Assembly: GCF_009914755.1 (NCBI RefSeq)
Contig: NC_060943.1
Origin: the human T2T-CHM13v2.0 reference genome, Homo sapiens
Strand: one strand, 5' to 3'
DNA: 64,000 nt
Below the pieces are notes generated by a model. It was not told the DNA's origin. It worked only from the letters and a program-made list of their open reading frames with translations, and ran no database searches. Each line of letters begins with the position of its first letter. The first letter of the stretch is position 1. This document shows, piece by piece, positions 1 to 14,703 of the stretch. The translations under genes and the position numbers were made by a program.

Positions 1-636
1 GGGCACCACTGTAAGCCCAGTGCTGTACTGGGGGCTGAAGATAATGCATCAAACAAGTCACACAGAGACAGGGTTCCTGCCCCAGGAAATTTAAAGTCCA
101 GCAGGGAAGATGGGCATTCATCAAATAATAATAAAATAATCATCTCATGAAATGAATGAATGCCTGCAACATGCTTAGAACTGCCTGGCACAAAGGACAT
201 GCTCACAAGGGCAATTATTATTATAATTAGACATAATTGTGATAAGTGCTCTAAAGGGAGCTTTGGGAGCACAAAATAGGAAATAGTAGCTAATCTTGTG
301 GTGGGTCCGTAAGGAAAAGCTTACCAGAGGAACTGGCTTCCAAGCTAACATGTTCATGGGTGAGCATCAATCAACCATTGCAAAGTGTGTTCCAGGCAAA
401 GGAAACAGCAAGGACAAAGGCCAAAGGTAGAAACGTGATATGGCACCATTGAGAACCTATAGGAAGTCCAGTGAGCCTTGGGTGTAGATTGCAGAAGGAA
501 ATAAGACAAAGGGCTCATCTGGGCAGGACCTTGAAGGTTGCAGGAGGAGTTTGGATTTATGGTCTAGCACTGGGAAGGTGGAAAAGGTCTTGACGTGCTC
601 TGACTTGTCCCAGTTCTCATCCTCTACTCTTTGGCT

Positions 637-1009
637 GGTTAAAAGAAAAACTTTAGACAAATTAAACTTAGCAGAGTCTATCTGAACAAAGAAACAATTC
701 ATGAATTGGGCAGCACACGGAACCAGTAAAGGTTCAGAGAGCTCCATCCAGCAATGTGGTCAGGCACTATTTATCCACAGGGAAAGGAACTGAGGTACTG
801 AAACAGCCTGATTGGTTACAGCTCTGTGTTTGCCTTATCTGAGCATGTCTGGGCAGCTTGTAGCCTGTGACTGGCTGAAGCTTGGCTGCCCTGATTGTCC
901 AAGGTTACTTGTTACAAGAATATACTCTCAAGTTTGTTTACATGTTGAGTTACATTACAATTTGTTATGTAGGGAGGCTGCTTTAGGCCAAATTTAATTG
1001 AATTTAACA
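637..1009 (-). mobile_element. ERV1-class solo LTR, MER57-like, in CYP2B6 intron 8
   Basis: Minus strand begins tgttaaattcaattaaatttggcctaaagcagcctcc and ends ...aatttgtctaaagtttttcttttaac, matching recalled MER57 termini. Confidence 0.6.
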
Positions 1010-1166
1010 TGCACCATCCATGAAAGGCCCCAGAAACAAACCCCCAGTCTTGAGTTTCATCAGTGACTTCAGTGATCCAGGGTTTGGCCCAGCCCCCGGT
1101 TTTGCGCAGTACAGTGACCTCCTTCCACATTTTATCTTCAATGAAAATTGGGAACATGTGTGGTGA

Positions 1167-1512
<346 letters not shown>

Positions 1513-1526
1513 TGCTAATTTGTTTT

Positions 1527-2060
1527 AAGAGAGGCAGAGATGTAGGGAAATAAGGACAGAGACAGATAAGTAACAAAGATAATGAGACTGAGAAACAGAG
1601 TTAGGGACAAAGAGGGAACACATAGAGATAGAGATGGGGAGCCAGTGGCAGAAAGACAGAGGGCAAACCTCAGACAGTATACAGAGAGGAAGAGAGAGAG
1701 ACACAGAGAGAGAGAGAGTCACGTAAGGAGAAGGAGGAGGAGGAGGAATAAGAGGAGAGAGAGTAGGAAAAGGAAGGAGGAGGGGAGAAAGGAGGGAAAG
1801 GAGAGAAACAGAATAAGAGATAGGAAAAAGAGAGAGTGACATAAAACGAGAGGAAGAAAGAATGAACAAGACAAATAAGGTATCTTTAGAGGGAGATGAA
1901 AAGAAAGAATGAGAGAGAAAGAGATTGGGGAGAAATCAGATTCAAATAGATGGAGATAGGAAGTTAAGCAAGATGGAAGAAAGCCAAAAAAAGGAGAGGA
2001 AAAGAAGAAAAGCTGTGTCTGACAGGTATAGACAGAGAAAAAGACAGGAGTAGGGCTGCC
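1527..2060 (+). repeat. GA-rich low-complexity polypurine tract
   Basis: Long run of gaga/agga/aaag units with few pyrimidines. Confidence 0.85.
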
Positions 2061-2905
2061 AGGGGCAGAAAGAAAGGTATAACCCAAGCCAAAAGGGTAC
2101 TGCAGCCAAAGAAATTCGAAAGGTGTCCAAACAGACGGCCCCAGAGATGGGGAGGGCGTGATGAGAGGGAGATAATAAGCCTCAGGCTGTTGTGAAAAAT
2201 GTTAGGTCACACAAAGAGTTACAGAAGAACAGGCCCAGAGACCTGCCTGTTTCTAAGCTCATGTCACCCACCTTCTGGGTATGCCAAAGGGATGTGGACA
2301 CTTTTCCAAACACCTCCACATAGACACACTTGTCCAACAACTTGACAGGCATAGGGAATGCCTGAAAACTCACACTTGACATGGCCTTTCCAAGGTTTGC
2401 AGATTATGAAACACTGAAGTGAAGGGAAAGGCTCCCTTTGTCTCTGCCTGAGCTTTTTCCAGCACCCTTTGTTCTTATTTTTCTCCCAATCTGTGGTTTA
2501 GAATCTACTGGGGGTTCCTTGCACCTCTGAGAATTAGTGGAAGCCATAGACCCTCCCTGTCTCATACGCATCAGTCCCATTCACAATTTATATACAATTG
2601 GGCTTTTCCCCCCTTGAGCTCTTGAAGCCTGTGGATCTCAGGCTGAGACTAGAAGACAGCCTAGAGACACAGACACAGACACATGGCCAGAAACACATAC
2701 CCCACACATACCCCAGAAACAAACACAAGGCAGTAACCAAACCTTAAGCCTCCTTAGCACAAGCCAAGTGCTATTCTAAGAATTTTTACAATTGTCTCCT
2801 TTAACCTCACAAGAGCCCTTTGAGGGAGGTGCCATTCTCCCCATATGAGAAGTGAAGAACACTAAGAATGTTGTCATAAATGTGCTCACACTCACACATG
2901 TACAG

Positions 2906-2907
<2 letters not shown>

Positions 2908-2938
<31 letters not shown>
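2908..2938 (+). repeat. (AC)n microsatellite
   Basis: About 15 perfect AC units. Confidence 0.95.
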
Positions 2939-2941
<3 letters not shown>

Positions 2942-3030
2942 CCAGAAATTGGTCATTATACTCTGTGGGTTTCACCAACCCTTTGGAACTGTAACAGAAG
3001 CTAGAAACTCTCTTATATAAAAATGAACAT

Positions 3031-3345
3031 GGCGCCGGGTGCAGTGGCTCATGCCTGTAATCCCACTTTGGGAGGCCAAGGCAGGTGGATTATCTGAGGT
3101 CAGGAGCTCGAGGCTAGCCTGGCCAATATGATGATACCCCATGTCTACTAAAAATAGAAGAAATTAGCCAGGCGTGGTGGCAGGTGCCTGTAATCCCAGC
3201 TACTTGGTAGGCTGAGGCACAAGAATCATTTGAACCACCTGGGAGGTGGAGGTTGCAGTGAGCCAAGATGGTGCCACTGTGCTCCAGTCTGGGTGACAAA
3301 GAGAGACTCCATCTCAAAAAAAAAAAAAGAGAGAGAGAGAGAGAG
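3031..3345 (+). mobile_element. Alu (sense) with A/(GA)n tail, about 200 bp upstream of CYP2B6 exon 9
   Basis: ggcgccgggtgcagtggctcatgcctgtaatccc ... gactccatctcaaaa. Confidence 0.95.
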
Positions 3346-3545
3346 AAATGAACGTGGCACATCCACTCAAAGATTTGCATCTGGTTTCAGAGCAGCTTCC
3401 TAAAAGTCCACCCTGAATTGTAGGTTAAAGGCCAGTCTTATGCAAATCTGTTGCAGTGGACATTTGTGTCTGGGCTTAGGGACATGGCAGAGCGAAGTGT
3501 ATGCACCTGCCCTGTGCCCACACTGGTGACCTTCTGTGTCCACAG

Positions 3546-5295
<1,750 letters not shown>

Positions 5296-5748
5296 AAGAG
5301 GTGATCTGTGCCATTTTGTGTGTGATTCTTTTATTGTCGGGTCTCTAGGGATTTTTCTGGAAGGAATGTTGGTGAGAATGCCTCTCTCACCTCAATGCCA
5401 ACTCTGTGAAGGGCCAAACCATTGTCTTGCTCATCCCTGTACTCTCAACACAGCGTGTGGCATATGACAGGTGTTCAAAATATTTGGTGAGGAATGAATG
5501 AATGAGTGGCTAAATCAGCCACCCCCTACCCCCACAGCCCACCCAAAATGGAGCTAGGCCTCCTCCATCAGACTATATCTCCTCCATATCCCACTTTCTT
5601 GTGAGGTCCAGAATAAATTCTCATCCCCAAAGGGCCCAGGATGCCCCCATTCTGCCTACCAGTTACTCTCGATACCCCGTGCTGCAATGCCACCTTTTGA
5701 TAAAGCTTAGCGCTATTCTTGCAGTGGAACCACTCTAAATCCAGCCTC

Positions 5749-6143
<395 letters not shown>

Positions 6144-6379
6144 TCAGCCAGCCTGTGGCCAGTGGGAAGCTGGCCCTGGGACTCCACCCTGAGATGCTAA
6201 CCTTTTGGCGTCTGCAGCATCTGCCATCTTTGGGCTCCTTGTAGCCTCTGAAGAGTTAACAGAGACTCTGCCAGTACAAATGCATGGCACACATTCCCTC
6301 ACCAACCACAGAAATAACAAACAGAGCAACATGTCTTTTAAGAGCGACAGCAGAATGGAAGGCGGGAGGAATGAGGACC

Positions 6380-6550
6380 ACGGTGCCCTCAGCCTTCTCA
6401 CTCCTCATTGTCCCCAGTGGCCTCTTGCTACTCTGGTTCTGGGGCCATCCCACCTCCCAGGGCTGCCTCTCTCCTAGGCCCTGGCCTCTGCCCTTCCTGG
6501 GGGAGCATTTTGCAAATAAACCACAGGGCTTTCTGAAGTCTGTCCAGGTG
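6380..6550 (+). pseudogene. Orphan CYP2B-type exon 1 relic
   Basis: 171 nt (57 codons), the same length as CYP2B6 coding exon 1. TVPSAFSLLIVPSGLLLLWFWGHPTSQGCLSPRPWPLPFLG...GFLKSVQV aligns without gaps to [41 protein letters not shown]...GLLKSFLR. Start context aggaccACGg; donor gtgaga at 6551. Confidence 0.8.
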
Positions 6551-6844
6551 GTGAGATGGGAGAGTGTGGAAGGGATGGAAAAGGAGGAGGTGGGTAGACG
6601 GGAAACAGCTCACAGGCAGCAAGGCAGTTGGGGTCGTACTTTGGGTGGGATTCCACAGACAAGCTTGGGAATTCCTTTCTGGCTTATATATTAACTACAG
6701 AAGCTTCTGGAATTTTATAAGGTGAAATGGAGAGGAGACAGACTGGAGGGTGAAATTCTGATAGACTTGAGGCTTTGAGATGTGGTCCTGGGGTGGAGCA
6801 AGACAAGAAAAGTACTGGAGATTGGGGTTTGAGGAGTCTATGCA

Positions 6845-8330
<1,486 letters not shown>

Positions 8331-8563
8331 ATGGGGATTACTTCAGATTGAGTGGTCAGAGAGGGCTCCTTTGAGAAGACTTCTGAGAATTGGCCATGGG
8401 AAGGTGTGGGGAGAAGCCTTCTCAGCTGAGGGAACAGCAAGGTCAAAGACCCAGAGGTAAGAAAGCAAGCTTGGAACCTTCCAGGAGCAACAAGGCATTG
8501 GCTCTGATAATGCCTTCTCCTGCTAAAATGACAGCTCTAGGAAGGCAGGGTTCTTATTTCCTG

Positions 8564-8607
<44 letters not shown>

Positions 8608-8648
8608 CCTATCTATCATCTATCTATCTATCATATATCTATCTATCC
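8564..8648 (+). repeat. (TCTA)n tetranucleotide STR adjoining an AluJ tail
   Basis: About 11 perfect tcta units followed by degenerate units. Confidence 0.95.
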
Positions 8649-8696
8649 GTCTGTCTTTATTTATTTATAGAGGCAGAGTCTTGCTCTATTGTCCAT

Positions 8697-9190
<494 letters not shown>

Positions 9191-10475
9191 TAAATTTTTT
9201 GGAGAGATAGAGTCTTGCTATTTTGCCCAGGCTGGTCTCAAACTCTTGGTCTCAAATGATCTTCCCATCTTGACTTCCCAAAGCACTGAGATTACAGGTG
9301 TGAGCCATTGCACCTGGCTGGTTCTCATTTATTTAAGTATTACTGCTGTCATGGTTTGCTTTGGTCCCTGTGGGTTCCCCCACCCTTTGAAACAAGTGCC
9401 TGACACATGGTAGGGTTCACAATAAATATTTGTAGAATAAATAAGAGCTGAGCCTTCAAGGGGTCCAAAATACTTGCACGGAGTTTTTCTAGGTGGGCAC
9501 GATGCCACCCAGCTGCAGGACTATTTCAGGGTGTTCATTGGCTCCTCTGGTTGATCTTTTGATGCCTGTATAAGAACTCCCACTTCTCCAAATCTGGGGG
9601 CCACATCTTTAGAGTTCTCAGCTTTCTGTCTCTCAGGAATGAAGGAGATAATATCACTGATTGGAGCCAGATTGTCTGGATGTTGAATCCCAGCTCCTTG
9701 CTGGTGCCTTTGAGAAGTGACTTTAGCCCTCCATGTGCCTTATTTCTGCCTCTGTAAACGGAGATCATCATAGCACCTCTCATGTGGGGCTGTTTGACGA
9801 TTCGGTGAGGTATGTGCAAAGAGCTTTTTGCACTTGCAAAAAGTGTCTGGGATATCATTGTGTGCTGTAAGAATGAGCTGTAATGATTATCACTGAGACT
9901 TGTTGTTGGGATTAAAAGAGATCAGGTCTGTCAGGGCCTGGTACACAAGAGGTACTAGAAAAATAATGGGAGGTTTAGGTGCTCCTTCCTCCAGATACAC
10001 TCGTAAATATGACTGCTGTGTCATCATCTACTTTTTAGGGATATGAAGAATCTGCTGTGTGACCTTAGATGAATAAATCTCTGATTCACTCTGGGCCTTG
10101 GTTTTCCCTGCCTCTGAAAGGGGTATGATGTTTCCTTCCCTTTTGCCTGGGCGCAGGTACTGGGTGCTTTGTAGTTAAGGGAGTATCAGCTGGTGGCTCA
10201 AGGGTAGATTCTAACAGGAACTTCCAAGCTGGAGAAATACTAGGCTACACCTCAGAGAGGGGAGGTGGGTAAGGGAGGCCCCTGCTGGTGTGAGCAGGAG
10301 GTGGGTGAGGGAGGCCCCTGCTGGTGTGAGCTCGATCCTTTATCCCTGAGCTTCAGACTCTCTTAAGCCTTCCCACATGAGAAACTGACATCCAGATGGA
10401 GGTGGGGACCCTGCAATGTAAAGCCAGGTCACCTGTCCACAGAGGTGTGTCTGATAACCAGGGCATGATAGGTTA

Positions 10476-10740
<265 letters not shown>

Positions 10741-11171
10741 CACCAGCCTTAGACTCAGAGAGACCAGGATTTGAGCTTGGGGGTCCTCAGCTTCCTCTCT
10801 GTGTGACCTCAGGTAAGCCACTTATACTCTTTGGGCCTCAGTTTCCTCATTTGTAAAATTGAGGCCGTGATTGAACCTCCTTCAAGAGCTGTTGTGAGTG
10901 CTATAGGGGATACTATCTTAAAGCACTTAATGCAGTGCCTGGCACATGGTAGTTCTGTAGAAGTGCTTGCTATTTTAATTCACGTGCACAGGTCCTGCCT
11001 GTGGGTGAGGGCTCAGTAGATGGAACAGCGATGGTTGATATAGTTGGGATTGTGAGGATTATTATGACAGGGGCTAATTTGAATGGGCCTGTGTTGTCTG
11101 CCCTCCCCACTGCCAGCCTGATTTCCCTCTGCCTGGCTTTGCAGCTCCTCCCATTGGCTGCTGGGGTGTAC

Positions 11172-11348
11172 CCCTTGCATGCGGATGAGAAACGAGTCAA
11201 TGAAGTCCCGTGGGGAATTGGGATCCAGCGTGCACTGGTTGTGCTCCACTTTCTTGGCAATGAAGTCCTCCAGCCCTTGCAGCTCCTTAAAGGCCTGTTG
11301 CTGTGGTCCTGGCAGGTGTTTCATCACCGAAGAGAACATCTCATAGAG
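11172..11348 (-). pseudogene. CYP2A7P1: CYP2A pseudogene exon 5 (open, 177 nt)
   Basis: cag|LYEMFSSVMKHLPGPQQQAFKELQGLEDFIAKKVEHNQCTLDPNSPRDFIDSFLIRMQG|gtacac. Confidence 0.95.
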
Positions 11349-12510
11349 CTGGGGTTGCAGAGAGAGGATGGGAAGGGAAGGACCGCTGTCAGGAGGCAGG
11401 AACTGATGGGAATGGGACCTGTGTCAGAGCAAGAAAGGCACTGGGTTAAAGGCACCTACCTGCCCAGGTGTTTAGGTATTTCAGTGGGGCTGGATGGGAA
11501 CATATATGTAAGTCTTCATGAGGGTTAAGTGAGAAGGCTACTGTCCAGAAATTTAGGTAACATGGACTGAGGCACACATCCAGGTTTCAATGAAGGTGGA
11601 TTGGAGCGCACAGCTAGGTGTTCAGACATTCAAGGCAGGATGTGTTGGGAAACACCTGTTCAACTGTTTAGCTACTCAGACGGGGCTGGTATGAGGGGAG
11701 TGTCACCTGTCTAGGTATGTAGGCATTCAGGTGGGCCTGGTTGAAGACAACTACCGAGATACTTATTGGGTCTGGATTGGGGGCTTTTGTTCAGATGTTC
11801 AGGTATTAAAGTGGGGCTGGTGAAGATGTTGAAGAGGAGGGGATACCTGTTGAGGTGTTTACCTATCCAAGTGGGATGCACTGGGGGCACCTCTGTAAGG
11901 TGTGTGATTGGAAAGGGTTGGGGAACACTTATTTGGGTGTCTGGGGAATAATCTGTCTAGATATTTATGTGTTTAGGGTATTGGTTAGGGCACCTGTCCA
12001 TGTTTTCAGGTATTTAAGTGGGTGAAGTAGAGGGCGCTTGGCCAGATATTCCAGTGGGCTAATCTGGGACATTTGTGTAGATGTGAAATGATTATGATGG
12101 GCTGGATTTTGCAGCACCAGGTGTTCAGGTATGCAGGAGGCGGGTTGAGGCAGTCACTTGTCCAGGTGTTAAAATATTCAGAAGAACTGGGTAGGGAGCA
12201 TCTGTTAGAAATTACGGTAAGTTGGGGATGGGAACATGTGCCCAGGTGAGAGAGCTGAGCTGAGGGTATGCATCCTGCCTTCAGGCTCTGTTTTGGGGAT
12301 CATCTGTTGAGCTGTCCAGGTGTCCTTGGAGACTGGGTATTGGGCACCCATCCTGGGTTCTGGTGCAACTGTCCGGTTGTCCAATATTGGGGGCTGATTT
12401 TGAGGGGACACTGTCTGGAGGGGGGTGGGAGTTTGGGGCACCTGTCCCCATGTAGGGGAGCAGTTGGCAGGTTGTGGTAGGGGCGTGACGGCCAGGCTGC
12501 AGCCGGTTAC

Positions 12511-12670
12511 CTGCCCCGTGGAGGTTGCCGTGAACTGGAAGCTTTCCAGCATCATGCACAGCAGTGACAGGAACTTTTGTCCTCATAGTCAAAGCGGTCC
12601 CCAAAGACAATGGAGCTGATGACATTGGAGGTGGTACGGCTTAGGAAGAAGGTGGGATCGATGCTGGAGC
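12511..12670 (-). pseudogene. CYP2A7P1: CYP2A pseudogene exon 4 (acceptor AG>AA, 1-nt deletion)
   Basis: IDPTFFLSRTTSNVISSIVFGDRFDYEDK / FLSLLCMMLESFQFTATSTGQ|gtaacc; 160 nt versus the usual 161. Confidence 0.92.
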
Positions 12671-12916
12671 TTGCGGGTGTGGCGGTGTATTGGGGGAGAA
12701 GGGGGTTAGGAAGAGAGTCAACTCAGAGCTCTGATGCTAGTCTGAGAATTCCAGGAGGCACTGCCCTGATGAGCCACATTCCCAGCGCCAGACTACAGGG
12801 CTGGGAGCGCGGGCGCCTTTCCCCACCGAGGCCCGGTCCCCAGACAGAACGCGCGCGGGTTGCTCGCCCTGGGCGTTTTCCTTCTCCCGCCTCCACACTC
12901 GGGGTGTTCTGCTCAC

Positions 12917-13065
12917 CACGCGTGCCCTAGACGGCCTTGATGAGGAAGCCCGCCTTCTCCTGGATACCTCCTTGATGCCGCGCTTGCCCACCCCGAAGTC
13001 CCGCAGGGTGGCGATGGAGAAGCGCCTGAGCGGCTTGGTGCGCTCCCAGGTGCGGCAGGTCACTC
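12917..13065 (-). pseudogene. CYP2A7P1: CYP2A pseudogene exon 3 (1-nt deletion, TAG at 12927-12929)
   Basis: ...LRRFSIATLRDFGVGKRGIKE / IQEKAGFLIKAV*; 149 nt versus the usual 150. Confidence 0.93.
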
Positions 13066-13371
13066 CTGGGAGAGGAACGCAGGGGTGGGGAGAGGTCAGG
13101 CCGTGGGAACAGGCACAGAAGCCTCGCGAAGGAGAACTGCAAACTCAGAGAAACACAGAGAGAAACAGAGACCGAACAGGAACAAGAGGATCAGAAAAGA
13201 GACAGGCCAGACAGACAGATGCACAGCAGAACAGAGGGAGACGGGACACTCCATGGAGCATAGGGAGGGAAGGAGGGGGAGAAAAAGACAGAGATGGGAG
13301 AAGATGATGGAAGGGGGGGAAGTGAGGTATGGGGAGATCTGCGAGGAGAAAATAAAAATGGTGAAAGAGTC

Positions 13372-13492
13372 TTTTTTGTTTGTATGTTTGTTTATTTGTT
13401 TTTGAGACGGATTCTCGCTCTGTCGCCCAGGCTGAAGTGCATTGTCGCCATCTTGGCCGCTCGCTGCAACCTCCACCTTCCAGGTTCAAGCG
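13372..13492 (-). mobile_element. Heavily 5'-truncated Alu in pseudogene intron 2 with a 19-bp TSD
   Basis: taaaaatggtgaaagagtc at 13353-13371 and taaaaatggtgaaagactc at 13493-13511. Confidence 0.9.
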
Positions 13493-14005
13493 TAAAAATG
13501 GTGAAAGACTCCTAAGCTGAGCTGGTGAAGACAGAAAACTACGGAAAGAGAAACAGAGACGGTCGGGAAGGAGGAGAGACTGTTATCAGGAGAGGAGGCT
13601 GGAGATGTGGAAGTAGGAATACCGCGAAATCCTAAGACAGAGGAAGAAGAAGCAGAGGTCAGTGGACAGAGGAGAAACTCAGAGAAGCACAGAAGCTGAG
13701 AAGGACAAAAAGACAAATGAAGACAGAGAACCAGGGATGGAAAACAGAAACCCAGGATTGTCCTCAGAGATGGGGAAAGAGGAGACTCCAGTGAGAGAGG
13801 CAGGGAGAAATCTGGACAGGGACAGGGACAGGGATGCTGGAGACAGGCAAGAGGGAGAGGCCGCAATGAAGGGAGCTGGGGAGAGAAGGCCAGACAGGGG
13901 GCTCTGCCGCAGCCTTCAGTGGGCAGGAGAGTCAGGGAGAAGGCTGGGGACACGGAGGCCATCGAGTCGGCCTGGCCACCTTCCCCCTCTTGGGCACCCC
14001 CTCAC

Positions 14006-14168
14006 CACAGCCTTTGAAGAGCCAGTTGAAGGTGGCCTGCTCGCCTCACCCGCTGAACTCCTCAGCCTGGTCCACCAGAGCCTCCCTGACGGCATCATGT
14101 CCGCACAGCATCACGACCCGCCGGGGCCCCAAGTGAATGGTGAACACGGGGCCATAGCGCTCACTGAT
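14006..14168 (-). pseudogene. CYP2A7P1: CYP2A pseudogene exon 2 with TGA at codon 101 (14046-14048)
   Basis: cag|[53 protein letters not shown]|gtgag; 163 nt. Confidence 0.95.
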
Positions 14169-14446
14169 CTGATGGAGGCGGGTGGGAGTGGTTAGAGGGA
14201 GCAGCCCCCATTCTGAATGGGCCCAGCACCGAGATATCATGTACTGGGATGTTTCGCCCCCAGGTTCTCACAGTCAGGGAGCTGGACATCCCAAGATCCT
14301 GTCTTTCCAGCCTAGGACCCTGATGCTGAAACTCCAAAACTCCCTTTCCTAAGACTCTGGTCCACACTGGTCAATCCCCTGCCACAAAGCCTCAGCCAAC
14401 TGGGCAGCCCCCACCCCGTGCCACCCATCTCCCTGCCTTGGGACAC

Positions 14447-14626
14447 CTTCATGATGGAGTCACATATGTGCTCTGTGTTCAGCTGCAGGTAGTTTCCAAT
14501 AAAGAGCAATGGGGTGGGTCCCAAAGGCAGCTTCCCCCTGCTCTTCCTCTGCTGCCAGACTGACATCAAGACCATCACAGTCAGGCTGGCCAGCAAGGCC
14601 ACCAGAAGCAGCCCTGAGGCCAGCAT
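14447..14626 (-). pseudogene. CYP2A7P1: CYP2A pseudogene exon 1
   Basis: MLASGLLLVALLASLTVMVLMSVWQQRKSRGKLPLGPTPLLFIGNYLQLNTEHICDSIMK, followed by donor gtgtcc. Confidence 0.95.
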
Positions 14627-14670
14627 GGTGGCAGTGGAATGATAGATGGTGACGGCTGGGGTGGTTTGCC

Positions 14671-14676
14671 TTTATA
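14671..14676 (-). promoter_or_regulatory. TATA box (TATAAA) of the CYP2A pseudogene
   Basis: At -50..-45 from the ATG, the same position as the CYP2A6 TATA box (-48T). Confidence 0.85.
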
Positions 14677-14694
14677 CTGCCTGAAAAAAAGGGG

Positions 14695-14703
14695 TGGACT
14701 TTG
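14695..14703 (-). promoter_or_regulatory. HNF4A site CAAAGTCCA
   Basis: Perfect HNF4A-specific motif at -77..-69, where the CYP2A6 proximal HNF4 site lies. Confidence 0.8.

Larger units (their letters stand above)
11172..14626 (-). pseudogene. CYP2A7P1: 5' half (exons 1-5) of the split CYP2A pseudogene (CYP2A18PN; also annotated CYP2A7P1/CYP2A7P2)
   Basis: Five CYP2A exons of near-canonical size (180/163/149/160/177). Lesions: R101X, two 1-nt deletions, a TAG and a mutated acceptor. No exons 6-9 occur before CYP2B6. Confidence 0.92.

Noticed and set aside
1525-2130. Arg/Glu-rich and Leu/Ser-rich ORFs
   Set aside because: Artefacts of the GA-rich low-complexity tract
2774-2782. STAT5-like TTCTAAGAA in CYP2B6 intron 8
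   Set aside because: A single 9-mer in repeat-derived DNA is expected by chance in 64 kb
11450-12330. Repeat-and-spacer appearance resembling a CRISPR array
   Set aside because: Human intronic DNA with degenerate repeats and no cas genes; treated as a decayed minisatellite
11001-14195. 175-177 aa plus-strand ORFs (11001-11528, 13662-14195), and similarly 48981-49508
   Set aside because: Antisense shadows of CYP exons running into introns, with no independent coding signature
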